Assembly: GCF_001194135.2 (NCBI RefSeq)
Contig: NC_068984.1
Coordinates: 27,677,724 to 27,741,723 of the forward strand
Direction of reading: 5' to 3'
Length of the DNA stretch: 64,000 bases
Source: Octopus bimaculoides
Taxonomy: Eukaryota
In this document: one piece after another, positions 26,700 through 38,550 of the stretch
Layout of the letters: the number at the start of each line of letters is the position of its first letter
Position numbering within the stretch: position 1 is the stretch's first letter
Program-made: the position numbers and the translations under genes
The notes under the pieces: generated by a model
Database searches by the model: none
Seen by the model: only the letters and a program-made list of their open reading frames with translations
Told to the model about the DNA's origin: nothing

Positions 26700-27910
26700 G
26701 TTTCTTTGCTCTTCATCTTGGGGTAACAGCTGTATGATATCTTAATCGAGCAGCTATTAAAAATCTTCCTATATTTGTGGTATACTGGGAAATGTTGATT
26801 TAAAACAGATAGGAATTTCTTGCCTATGTTAGTTTTAACAATTAGGAAAAAGGGGATGGCAAATATTATAATTTTCCTAGGCCTATTTTTATCATTCATA
26901 TTTTTACATGAAGGGTTCTAATATATCTTTTCTTTGAAGCTGCTATTAGCTAGGGCATTGTTATAGTAGGGGCTGTCTGATCAAATATTTCTTTAGAAAA
27001 AGATAGATTAGGTATCCTATTACCAATATTAGCTATCAAGTTTTTAAATACTATAGGGAATGACAAGTCTTTTTGTCTATTTAAGAGAAATTCGCATTTG
27101 GCTAACAGTATGGCTTATAAGAATAAGAGTTTAGATTTAGGGAAACATCTAAAACATCAACAGATTAGTAGTAACATTGATTTTGTAGCCTAATCGACTA
27201 ACGGTATCAATGAGTTTGTTCTTAAATTTATTGAGAGCGTGTCATAAGATTTTCACAACCCATCGTCTTAGTATAGACCAACATCATGTAATGGGAACTT
27301 GGATCTTAGTATGTTTCACATAAAGAGACCTACAAGATCACAAACGTCATCACTGTCATACAATCCCATTGATACATCAAACAATTCATAAGTATTGGAC
27401 TTTTTAAACTCATGCTGAGCCCTTCCTAATAGAAGTGTTTTTCTCACATGCATGATAAAATGCAGGTCTATACGGTCTATATCAACATATGTTTTCTGTG
27501 AACTCAATCACATTATCAAGCAGTAATCTTAATATTGAGGGATAAAAATCTATAATATCAAATTGTGTAAATCTGGCCCACTGCTTATCCTTTAAATCCT
27601 AAAACCAATCTATTACAGTGCTGCTATTATCCCATTGCTTTAATATAGCACTCTCTCTAATTCTGATATTAATATTCTTTAGCATTTCTTTTTTTATTTT
27701 CTTTTTGAATACTAAACCGATTTCAGTCCTTGCTGAATTTAACAATTTACAAGTGCACTTATAACTGAAATTAGATTTGTGATCTTTTAAAGTGATGAAA
27801 GCTTCCCTTTTTGCTGAGCATTCTAATCTGTCGCCAATTTTACTATGTTTAGAGAGAAATTTAGTCTCATCGTTCATATGATTGTATCAATCAATAGCTT
27901 TCTTATATAT
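26700..27910 (-). mobile_element. Penelope-like element reverse transcriptase, decayed
   Basis: Minus strand: AFITLKDHKSNF..CKLLNSARTEIG..QWDNSSTVIDWF, FTQFDIIDFYPS, FDVSMGLYDSDDVCDLVGL, GLY*DDG (27261-27279, catalytic YxDD), TNIGKKFL..HFP..KIFN..IKISYSC. These are PLE RT motifs; multiple stops and frameshifts. Confidence 0.9.
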
Positions 27911-27965
27911 AGTGGAATTGTGTCATTCAGAAACTTAGCATGTAGATCAATTATTCATATATAAG

Positions 27966-28480
27966 TGTACATCATCGTCATTGTTCAACGTCCTTTTTTC
28001 ATGTTGATATGGGTTGGACGATTTTACAGGAGCTGTCCAGACTCCAATTGTCTGTAATGACATGGTTTTATGACTGGATGCCCTTCCTAAAGCCAACCGC
28101 TTTACAAAGTGTGCTGGATGTTTTTTACATGCCACCAGCATGGATGTGTTTATGCAGCACCAGCATGAGTGCATTTTATGTGGCACTGGCACCTGTAAAG
28201 GACAAGCCTGTATGTATGGATGACAACATTTTTACTTAGCTTAATATATCTTCTCAAGTACAGCAAATCACCACAACTACCAGTTCCTTACCATTTCCTC
28301 GGTGAGGCCCAGCATCTGAAGATCCGTTCTCCCTACATCATTCCATGTCTTCCTGGGTCTATCCCTTCCACAGGTTCCCTCCATAATTAGTTTGGTACAT
28401 CTTTATGCAGCTCTCCTCATCCATGAACATCTCATAACTAAACCAGTGCAATATTCTCTATTGCACACAACATCTGATGT
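27966..28480 (-). mobile_element. 5'-truncated RTE-clade LINE
   Basis: Minus-strand translation ..ILHWFSYEMFMDEESCIKM..GTCGRDRPRKTWNDVGRTDLQMLGLTEEM.. matches the RTE C-terminal signature RLxWFGHVxRM..GRGRPRKTW..DL..LGL, followed by the 3'UTR and (GAT)n tail. Confidence 0.85.
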
Positions 28481-29514
28481 TTCTTATATGCAATTTTCCT
28501 CTTAAATACATACATAAATGAAGATTTGCATATCTATTCTTAATACATTCCAGCAAATTCAAATGCAAATGTGCTAATAACTGTTGTGCTCATGAAAGGA
28601 GAATAGCTTCTTCTTAATGGCTAAGTATTCATGACATACTCTGATTCATTATTGCGTGGGACTCTGGAACACAGGTGTCTCGATATGCTGTGTCGCATCA
28701 GCCAGAAGTACCTGAATTAATGAATCTGACAATGTCAATTGCTTTATTTATAATTTTAGCAAACTAACAGCTGCTTCATGCTGATATCTGTCAACTGATA
28801 ATTAATCATTATTCCCAGAGTGAACAACAGTAATCAGAAAGATGATTTGCTTATTTAGTCTTAATACATTCCATAAGATTTGAACATAAAATGCTAAACA
28901 TTGTCTCATTCATAACAGGACAGCAGCTTCTCCTTTACAACTATATTCACTCACAAGGAATTGGTCGGCCTGGTGTTACCCAAGGGGACTGAACCTAAAA
29001 CGAGGGACTGAACCTAAAACGAGGTAGTTGCAAATTGAAGTTTTTAACCATGTAGCTATATTTGGTGCCTAATATATGTATGTCTTCTATAAGTGTCCTA
29101 TATAGATTTATTTGACCAATAACTTGTGAGCAGAATTTGGTATCATTATGAAATATTTGGGAAACCATTCTGTGATAATGCTAATCTTGTAGTTCACGCA
29201 AGGATACATGGAAGTAAAATTGTTTCACTGTGAAACTTGCAGGAAATTTTTCATCACTAATGCTATGCTTACAGCCCCTTAATTGGGTTCTCACCAGAGA
29301 AAAACTGTTTCACTGTGAAATATGTCAAAAGTCTTTTGTTTCTAAAAGTGTCTTAACAAAGCACTAAAGAATACATTCTAGGGAAAATGGTTCAATTGGG
29401 AAGTATGTGAGCAATAATTTGACTCAAACAAGGAATTAAGCCAACACAGCAGAATACACACAGGTGAAAATCCCTCTCACTGTGAAACATTTTTATCAAT
29501 AATTTTTTAACTGC

Positions 29515-29957
29515 TTCAATCATTAAACTGAGGCCATGCTGAAGCACTGCCTTGAGGAATTTTATTTGAAAAAATCGACCACAGTGCAGATATTTTTTAA
29601 AGCCTGGTGCTTATTGTATTGGTCTCTTTTGTAGAACATCAAAGTTATAGGGATGCAAACACATCAACACCGGTTGTCAAGTAGTGGTAGGGGACAATCA
29701 CAGCGACAAACCCACGCACACACACCACATACACACACACAACACACACACCACACACACACATACATACACACACATACACACACATACACACACATGA
29801 TGGCCTCCTTTCAGTTTCTCTCTACCAAATCTACCTACAAAGGTTTTGGTCAGCCTGAGGCTATGGAATAAAACTCTTGCCCTAAGTGCCACACAGTGAG
29901 ACTCAATGTGGAACCATGTGTTTGGTAAGAAAGCTTCTTGTGACACAGTCACGCCTG
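29515..29957 (-). mobile_element. SINE family B copy (older)
   Basis: Same modules, more diverged. A still more decayed plus-strand copy lies at about 49160-49570. Confidence 0.75.
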
Positions 29958-30027
29958 TGATTATGTGTGGAAAATTTTCATTAGAAAATTTGTTTTACAG
30001 CTCTATATTTAAAAGATGAGGAATTAT

Positions 30028-30179
30028 GTACATTATTTACATTATTTACATTCGACAGATATTTGTCCTCATCTTGTTTGTTGTTAACACAACGTTTCCG
30101 CTAATATACCCTCCAGCCTTCTTCAGGTGTCTTGGGGAAATTTCAAACTTGGGCTCTCATTCCCAAGGTATTTTTCGAT
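30028..30179 (-). repeat. Left arm of inverted repeat; Penelope pLTR-like repeat with hammerhead motif
   Basis: Reverse complement aligns with 31405-31556 over about 150 bp (atcgaaaa(a)tacctt..cctga(a/t)gaaggctggagggtatat..gaaacg..aaacaagatgaggacaaata..(atgtaaata)n). Confidence 0.9.
30086..30131 (-). ncRNA. Minimal type I hammerhead ribozyme-like motif
   Basis: GACAC-CUGAAGA-A-GGCUG(loop)UAGCG-GAAA-CG-UU-GUGUU. Stem I GACAC/GUGUU, core CUGANGA and GAAA, palindromic AACGUU stem III, stem II with one terminal mismatch. Confidence 0.65.
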
Positions 30180-31370
30180 GTTTGGATGCTAAAACTTGTC
30201 TTAAAACAAGAAAGCATCTTACTCAGTAACAAAACAGGCAAAGGAATATCTAAGTGAATTCCAATTGCAACAAATTCAAGAATTAGACGAACTAGAAACA
30301 CCTGCAGAAAAAGCTAAGCGCTTGAAAACCCGTGCTAAAATTGCTGCCTTAGATATTATGACTGAAAAATGGCATGGAAAACCTCTCAATGGCAAATACC
30401 CAAAGAGAGCGAATAATGCAGATATTGACAAAGCCCTTACCCATCAATGGCTAATGGCCTCTGGCTTGAAATCAGAAACAGAGGGGTTTATCATAGCAGC
30501 CCAAGATCAATGCCTACNNNNNNNNNNNNNNNNNNNNNNNNNNNNNNNNNNNNNNNNNNNNNNNNNNNNNNNNNNNNNNNNNNNNNNNNNNNNNNNNNNN
30601 NNNNNNNNNNNNNNNNNNNNNNNNNNNNNNNNNNNNNNNNNNNNNNNNNNNNNNNNNNNNNNNNNNNNNNNNNNNNNNNNNNNNNNNNNNNNNNNNNNNN
30701 NNNNNNNNNNNNNNNNNNNNNNNNNNNNNNNNNNNNNNNNNNNNNNNNNNNNNNNNNNNNNNNNNNNNNNNNNNNNNNNNNNNNNNNNNNNNNNNNNNNN
30801 NNNNNNNNNNNNNNNNNNNNNNNNNNNNNNNNNNNNNNNNNNNNNNNNNNNNNNNNNNNNNNNNNNNNNNNNNNNNNNNNNNNNNNNNNNNNNNNNNNNN
30901 NNNNNNNNNNNNNNNNNNNNNNNNNNNNNNNNNNNNNNNNNNNNNNNNNNNNNNNNNNNNNNNNNNNNNNNNNNNNNNNNNNNNNNNNNNNNNNNNNNNN
31001 NNNNNNNNNNNNNNNNNNNNNNNNNNNNNNNNNNNNNNNNNNNNNNNNNNNNNNNNNNNNNNNNNNNNNNNNNNNNNNNNNNNNNNNNNNNNNNNNNNNN
31101 NNNNNNNNNNNNNNNNNNNNNNNNNNNNNNNNNNNNNNNNNNNNNNNNNNNNNNNNNNNNNNNNNNNNNNNNNNNNNNNNNNNNNNNNNNNNNNNNNNNN
31201 NNNNNNNNNNNTATGGTTTCTTAAACATTCACTAGAACAAAACTGTAGAAATCCAAATATATGGTACCCTAGGCATAACACCTACATGAACTTCTAACTT
31301 GTTGTCTCTTGAGGTCTCTGGGTGAGACCTGGATCCAACTTGTACAAATGCAAAACAAAAGTTAAACATA
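30180..31370 (+). mobile_element. 5'-truncated RLE-type non-LTR retrotransposon (R4/Dong-like); middle lost in an N gap
   Basis: KWHGKPLNGKY..IDKALTHQWLMASGLKSETEGFIIAAQDQCL is the conserved post-RT segment of R4/Dong-like LINEs. The putative 3'UTR (31212-31370) ends at a (TAA)n array (31372-31404). Confidence 0.8.
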
Positions 31371-31371
31371 A

Positions 31372-31404
<33 letters not shown>

Positions 31405-31405
<1 letters not shown>

Positions 31406-31556
31406 TCGAAAATACCTTAGGAGTGAGAACCTAGGTTCGAAATTTTCCCAAGATACCTGATGAAGGCTGGAGGGTATATCAGCTGAAACGTGTTAACAGC
31501 AAACAAGATGAGGACAAATATATCAGTCAAATGTAAATAATGTAAATAATGTAAAT
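31405..31556 (+). repeat. Right arm of inverted repeat; Penelope pLTR-like repeat with damaged hammerhead motif
   Basis: See left arm; preceded by (TAA)n. Confidence 0.9.
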
Positions 31557-31989
31557 TTTGTTTTCCTGCTCACAATTGTTGTAACACTAAAGAAAAAGAC
31601 TATCATTGTGCATAAGTGTGCATGGGTGTGTATGTATAACAAGGTGCATTTTTTGTGTATGTATGTGTACGTGAACACAATAGGCTTCTGCATAGTTTCC
31701 ATCAGCCAAATTCCACTTACAATATAATATATTGGTCAACTGACACAATCTGGCTGAAACTATAACCACAAGCAGCTTTACTGCGCAGCTAAAACAAAGA
31801 AGTTTATTATGAATATTTTTCAACCACACGCTTACACAAGCAGATTCACACATACACACACTCACTCCTACTACTTCCATGTGCATACTAATATCCCAAC
31901 AAACTGATGCCCCTAGGACACAATCAAACCAAGTAGTGGAGCCTGAGCTTTAGATGGAAGCAGGTAGAGGTGAAGTGGGTGAGAGTGCT

Positions 31990-32072
31990 TTTGCAACCAC
32001 AACAATTGGTGGTGATGGTGGTGGTGTTGGTGGTTTGATGGTGGTGTGGTAGTGGTGGGTTGTTGATGATGG

Positions 32073-32117
<45 letters not shown>

Positions 32118-32260
32118 CAATTATGATGGTGGTGGCAGCGTTGCGGGAGGAGGGGGCAGTGGCAGTAGTGGTGATGGAGGTAGTTTGATGGTGGTTTGGT
32201 GATGGTGGTGGTTGTGATGACGATGATGATGATGAAGATAATGATGGTGATGAAGATGAA
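31990..32260. repeat. (GAT)n/(GGT)n trinucleotide microsatellite complex
   Basis: Directly visible; produces the poly-His ORF 31913-32278. Confidence 0.95.
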
Positions 32261-32629
32261 TTGTGCTAAAGCAGGCAAACTAAAAACTCCCTACTGATCT
32301 GTACACTATTCAATTCAGCGAAGCTTAACTTTTGCTAAACAGTAAAGTTACACAGAAGTCACCAAATAAAGTGTTTTCCAGCAGCTTCCCTTTGGTTTTC
32401 GACAACATAATTCAAACTACTTCACTAGCTAAACTATGTCCATTGACATACAATCAGTAGTTTTCTTTCTGTTGTTGTTGTTGTTATGTCATTGTTGTTG
32501 TTGCTCTTGTTGATGGTGGTGGGGAGGGTTTGTCTTTATATTACTTTGCTTTTGATGTTGTATTTTCTTATTTTTTTTTATTTTTACCCAATGTGTTTTC
32601 ATTCTAAGTTTGCTCATGCTAAATGGCAA

Positions 32630-32630
32630 T

Positions 32631-32723
<93 letters not shown>

Positions 32724-32737
32724 CATACATACATACA

Positions 32738-32805
<68 letters not shown>

Positions 32806-33050
32806 TTATATATGTATATTTATATATATATATATGTGTGTGTGTGCATGTGTGTGTATATACATATATATATATATATATATATACATAAATACATACA
32901 TACAAACATACATACATGCATACATGTATATATATATATTTGCATGGCTATATCTATGTGGGTGTAAGGAAGGAGAATGTGTATGTATGCATGCATTTAC
33001 TTTTCATACAAGTATGTGTGTGTGTGTGTGTATATGTGTGTGTAAGCATT
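32630..33050. repeat. Compound (AC)n/(AT)n/(ATAC)n/(GT)n microsatellite; representative of dozens across the window
   Basis: Directly visible. Other examples: 1-230, 6190-6350, 23700-23860, 36800-36940, (ATATT)n at 38161-38205, 60620-60795. Confidence 0.95.
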
Positions 33051-34219
33051 AAAGAATACATATAACTACATAGCTTGACAAGCGATCAATAAAACATACA
33101 TTCTAAGGCATTGTGATTATCATGTACAAATATGAAAGATAGTGGTGCTACATTCTCAAGGAAAGATCCACTTGAGACTTTGCATTGAAATAGTAGAGAG
33201 AATGTTTGTAATATTTTCTCATAAATAATAATGAATTGAAGATTGATTTCTTTGACAAATGGCTAAATCTTTTCAATGCAGAAACAGTCAGGGATGTGTA
33301 ATGTTTGTGATTAAGAGAGATGATAAGGAAAGTATGGAGGTAGACAGTTATGGCTGTAAATCTAAGTGCTTATGAATTATTGAGCACTTAGCTTATTGCC
33401 ACTTCCAACCATTTAGATCGGGTGTTATATTGATAGATATGTGCCAATAATCATTTCGTTTCTTAGGCAAAATTCCAATTTCGGGAGGTAAAAACTGTGT
33501 ATAAGCTGAATGATGTAATATAAGTATGTTACTGGTATTTATTAAAATAGCCTGTGCATGCTGAAAAATGGAAGTCATCTTGTGATTTGAAATTAAATTA
33601 TCAGTTTCATGAGTAATAGTTAGAAAGAGGTTATGTGATCCTATATTAGTAAATTGCTGTTTTATTTCACCAGTTGTAATTGAGGAATTGAAAGTTAGGA
33701 GAAATCATAACACTAATGTGAGGCAGTATCAAACTTACATAAGATGTGGGCTATTCACTGAAGAGACTTAAAAAGACTGAAATATGTCTGAAGTTGTAAA
33801 GACATGACCATATTTACCAAAGACCAGACTCACCTGCTAAGGTATTTCATCTTTATCCTTTATTCAAGAGAAAAATTGCATTGACTTTTTAAAGTGCCTC
33901 GCAGACTGTTAGGCAGATGAGAGAAAGTTATCCTCATACTGGAAGCTTGACTGAAATGCTTATAATAGAGTAAGACTTCACTAAAAGTATTCCACGGCTA
34001 GGTGATAGCATTTAGCTATGTGATGGATTTGGACTAGAACATGAAGAACTTGACCGTATACTACATGGTATCTCTTCTAATGTGCCAATACTTGTGTCAA
34101 TATACAACCATAGGCTGGAACTTAATTTATTGACCCTGAAAGGATAAAAAGCAAAACTGAGTTTTGTAGAATTTTTCTTCAGAATGAAGATTACGGGAAT
34201 AAATACCCCAAAGAATATT

Positions 34220-34420
34220 CTTTTCTACTCTAGGCACACAGCCCAAAATTTTTTGGGAGGGGGCCAGTCGATTAGATCGATTCCAGTATGCAACTGGTAC
34301 TTAATTTATCGACCCCGAAAGGATGAAGGGCAAAGGAATTTGAACTCAGAATGTACAGACAGATGAAATACCTTTAAGCATTTCGCACAGCGTGCTAACA
34401 TTTGTGCCAGCTCACCACCT
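34220..34420 (-). mobile_element. SINE family A copy with perfect 20-bp TSD
   Basis: taaataccccaaagaatatt at 34200-34219 and 34421-34440. Confidence 0.92.
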
Positions 34421-34715
34421 TAAATACCCCAAAGAATATTGTCTGATGTCGTAATGACTGTCAATTTGTAGCCACAATTTCGAACTGCAAATAATTTGAA
34501 ATATCGAATTCCGTCCCTTACATTTCTTTTTAAGAATTTTCATTAATACCAACTGTAGATATGATTTTAGTTGATTAAACATTGATTCTGGCCCACTAAA
34601 ATTACATTAATTCATGCTAACCACTAAAAATACTGAATGATGTATGTGTCTGTGTGTGTGTGTGTCTATATCTGCATGTGTGAAATCCGTTTTTGTTGAT
34701 GTATCTATGTATCTA

Positions 34716-35059
34716 GGCACAGGAGTGACTGTGTGGTAAGTAGCTTGCTTACCAACCACATGGTTCTGGGTTCATTCCCACTGCTTGGCACCTCAGGCAA
34801 GTGTCCTCTACTATAGCCTTGGGCTGACCAAAGCCTTGTGAGTAGATTTGGTAGACGGAAACTGAAAGAAGCCTGTCATATATATGTATATATATATATA
34901 TATATATATGTGTATGTGTGTGTATATATATATATGTATGTGTGTATATATGTTTGTGTGTCTGTGTTTGTCCCTCCAACATCGCTTGACAACCGATGCT
35001 GGTGTGTTTACATCCCCGTAAACTAGCGGTTCAGCAAAAGAGACTGATAGAATAAGTAT
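34716..35059 (+). mobile_element. tRNA-derived SINE family B (internal (AT)/(GT) microsatellite), 3' end missing
   Basis: ggcacaggagtgactgtgtggtaag..gggttcattccc (tRNA-like A/B boxes), then gcaagtgtcctctactatagcc..gtagacggaaactgaaagaagcc. Confidence 0.85.
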
Positions 35060-36146
35060 AGAAGTTTTAAAGATGAAGTAAGGGTGAAACTTTGAATCTG
35101 AAGGAACTTGTTATTATCTGCATAAACAACATTTAGTCAAAAGAGGAGTTGTGAAGTTCAATTGATGTGAAGAGAATATAGTTAATGTTGTTGGTCTGAA
35201 CATTTATCTAAGAGAAAAAAAAAAGACAAAGTAGTTTTGTCACTTAAGAACATGCAATGAATGAGAAGAAAACTGAATTTGAAGGAGTTAGAAGGTTGTA
35301 TGACAAATGAGGGGGATTGGAACCTAAGAGGTGGATTAGGAAGGTAGAGTGATGGAAGTCTCAAACAATGCAAAATTAAAAGATAAGTTCCAGTAAAAAG
35401 GAGAAAATTGGGGAGGAAAGTACATGAAGGGAGGATATTGTAACTTGGTTGAAAGTAAAAGTATAGACAAATGAAAAACAAATATCTTCCAGAGGACCAA
35501 TGAGATTTTTATTTTCTTCTAAATTATTACATAATCATCCTGCAGGCATCCATCCATTTTGGCAATCTAAGTAATGTGCACATTTAATGATGCATCATTA
35601 CTCAGACACCTAGGCTACACATTGATTGTGTCTCTAAAATTTCATTTGTTCCTGGTCATGTGTCTCCTGGTCTGTCTTAGAGATCTAAGAGCAATGTACT
35701 TGAAACTTTCTACCTTTAAATGGCATCGTTTTCTTCAGTGTGCACTCAAATAAAGCACTGAAGTATATAAAAGGAAAATGGATGTGCTCAGTGCATGATA
35801 AAATTTTCCTTTTCTGGTTGTGGCTTTTATTAGTAATCACATTAAAATCCTTCTTTTGTATCATCCATAGAATTCCATGTGGTTCAAAAATGGATATAAA
35901 ATAACATTAAGAACACATCAACAATGGCCATGAACTTGGTATTCTTTTATTTGTTTTGTTACACACCAGGTTGAGTGAAAAGTGTTTTGTGAGTTTTACT
36001 GATAATTTTTTGGCAATTTGTATTTTCATGTTATATCATTAATTTGATACAACTTATTGTCCAATCATTGCTGAATTGTGTACTCTTTATTTTCATATAT
36101 AATATATAAACATTAATTATTGATTTCTTTTTTTTTTGCAGTTTTG

Positions 36147-36350
36147 ATAATGAATGGTGAAAAAGTGCAATTAGAACAATTTTATGCTATCTACAGAAAA
36201 AAAAAAGATTGAGTGCAAGGGTAGTGCCAAAAAGAAATTGAAGACGTGAAATGCCCAGGAACTGCAAACTGATACTAAATTAGTTCAAACCTTTCAAGGA
36301 AGGTAACACCAGCCTTGAAGACAAATCAAGGTCGTATAAGGGACGACCCT
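36147..36350 (+). mobile_element. mariner transposase N-terminal fragment
   Basis: ..FKPFKEGNTSLEDKSRS..GRP matches the mariner HTH motif WFxRFKxGxxSLEDxPRSGRP; frameshifted. Confidence 0.6.
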
Positions 36351-36384
36351 TGTACAAAATAAAGATTAATACCAAATCTATCTT

Positions 36385-36577
36385 CTGGTTACTGGCACAA
36401 TGTTTAGTGGCCTTTCTTCTACCATTATGTTCTGAGTTCAAATTCTGCCAAAGTTAGCTTTGCCTTTCATTATTTTGGTATTGATAAAATAAGTACCAGC
36501 GGAGTGGTGAGGTTGATGTCATCAACTTGCCCACTCCACCAAACCTACTGGCCTTGTACCAAAATTTGAAACCAATA
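36385..36577 (+). mobile_element. Decayed SINE family A-related copy
   Basis: gttctgagttcaaattctgcc..gcctttcat..gataaaataagtaccag..ggccttgtaccaaaatttgaaacc. A similar decayed copy lies at about 39545-39745. Confidence 0.7.
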
Positions 36578-36822
36578 TTTGCAAAGAATGATTTTTTACA
36601 TTAAAAATTTTAGTAACGTATTTAAATATAAAAATAATAATTTTTAGAAGCTTCCCCTTCACCAAATAGTTATAAAAGTTTCAACAGGCATTTTCTAAAA
36701 TAAAAAAAAAAGCCACGTTGGTTTGAATAGTTGCCAAGTGAAACTATGAGTAAACAACTGTGAAAACCACATTTCTTTTTCTAACATAATATGAATACAT
36801 ATATACACACATATACACATCT

Positions 36823-36861
<39 letters not shown>

Positions 36862-37149
36862 CATATACACACGTACATACATTCATACATACATACATAC
36901 ATACATACATACACACACACATACATACATACATACATTTTGGCTATATTGAAGTGCTGAAAACCATAAGTTACTTTTTCAACAGGAAAATCAGCAAAAT
37001 CTCCAGCATTTTAATTTTTTTTTTTTAGAAAGTATGTCTTCTGTGTTCTTCTAAACTGATATTTCTCTCTCATGTATAACTTGGTTTCCAATCTGCACCA
37101 AATTCATTATGCTTTCTATGGATTTAGACTAATCAATGTTAGTATGAAA

Positions 37150-37700
37150 AGTGTTTTTCGTTTCTGTCAAGACAATGTCTTTGATTCTATTATGCTTTCA
37201 ATATGACTTTTATCTTCTCAAAAGTACATGAAGCAATATCAATCAAGTTGATTTATTACCTTCCATCTGGTTTGGTACTTTGAGACTACTACAATTGTTT
37301 CTGTATGACCAGATCTACCAAAGACTTAAACTAACTGTCAACAGCTTGTTTCATTCTGATGAGGTGCAATGATAATCAACCCCATGTATGGCAAAAACAA
37401 TTCCTCCTCGCTGGTACTCTAATACTACTTGGACTGATGATGAAAAATGTAGTATAAAGTACATGAAGAATAGTACTTTGGATCATTAAGCTAAGATCAT
37501 CATGAAGAATTTCTTTGTGCTGTCTCTAGCAGTTTGCCTGATATGGTGTCCAACTTCATACTTCACAGCACTTGCTGTTTCTGAAATCATTGCTTTTGTT
37601 TCTGTTGTAATTAAATCCTTTATATGACACTTTCTTCATTTTCAGTTATGAACCTCCATAATAACATTTAGCATGAGAATGCAATGATGGAAACAATGCA
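37150..37700 (-). mobile_element. Possible very decayed DNA transposase fragment (Sola/Zator-like)
   Basis: Broken frames ..AVKYEVGHHIRQ.. and ..ELF(F)AIHGVDYH.. loosely resemble the WFxKRGISWH motif; weak. Confidence 0.25.
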
Positions 37701-38511
37701 CCTGAATATATTGTGTGGGCATTGTTTTAATGTCTTCTATAGTGGACATTCATCTTAGTCAAACCCCACAAAAGTTGCCTCCCACATTCTGATTAGTTTT
37801 GTGCATTGCATGATTACTTTTCATGAATGAAGTTGACTTTTATTAAATCATCCAATCCTGGACTTATAAAATCTGCTCACCATAGCATTGTTCATTTTGT
37901 ATATCACATGTCTAATTCTGACCAATCAAGGATTAATCACTTTTGGAAGTTTCTGCTGAAGAATGCAGCAACACTAGGAGTCTAGTTTAGTCAATAAACA
38001 GAGATGACATAATTGTATTTCTTGAGTTATTTTCTGAGGAGTGAATACATGCTGGTCATATCATTTCTTTGCATTCTTGCTTGTTCCCAAAACATTTTGT
38101 TGGATATACATTTACTGATATAATATATAGTTTCACTGCAGCTGCACTATATAAATATATATATTATATTATATTATATTATATTATATTATATTATATT
38201 ATATTGTATCATATATTACATATACTATATTTAAATTATATATATTTTCATGCATTTCTTGTGTATTTTAAACTCTATCTTATTTTGACATCGCAAAGTA
38301 TTATGACAGTTGATTAAAAAATGTCAATAAACCATTACATTTGAGAAAAATAGATACAAAATTTCATAAAATATTCTGCCATTTCTTCAACTGATATCTC
38401 GATTATTTTGTCTTTCGACTAGTTTGTTTTCCTAAGACTATGCCTTTCTGTTAATTTGTCTTTCTGACAATATACTTTCTTCTATTGTATTTTCAACGAA
38501 TGTTCCTTGAC

Positions 38512-38550
<39 letters not shown>

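Noticed and set aside
31913-32278. Poly-His/Thr ORF, and other HTHT, CVCV and YIYI ORFs throughout
   Set aside because: Translations of microsatellites with no codon or domain evidence.
33393-33578. 61-aa minus-strand ORF with CpGs (..PPEIGILPKKRNDYW..)
   Set aside because: No recognisable homology and no phase-compatible upstream exon.
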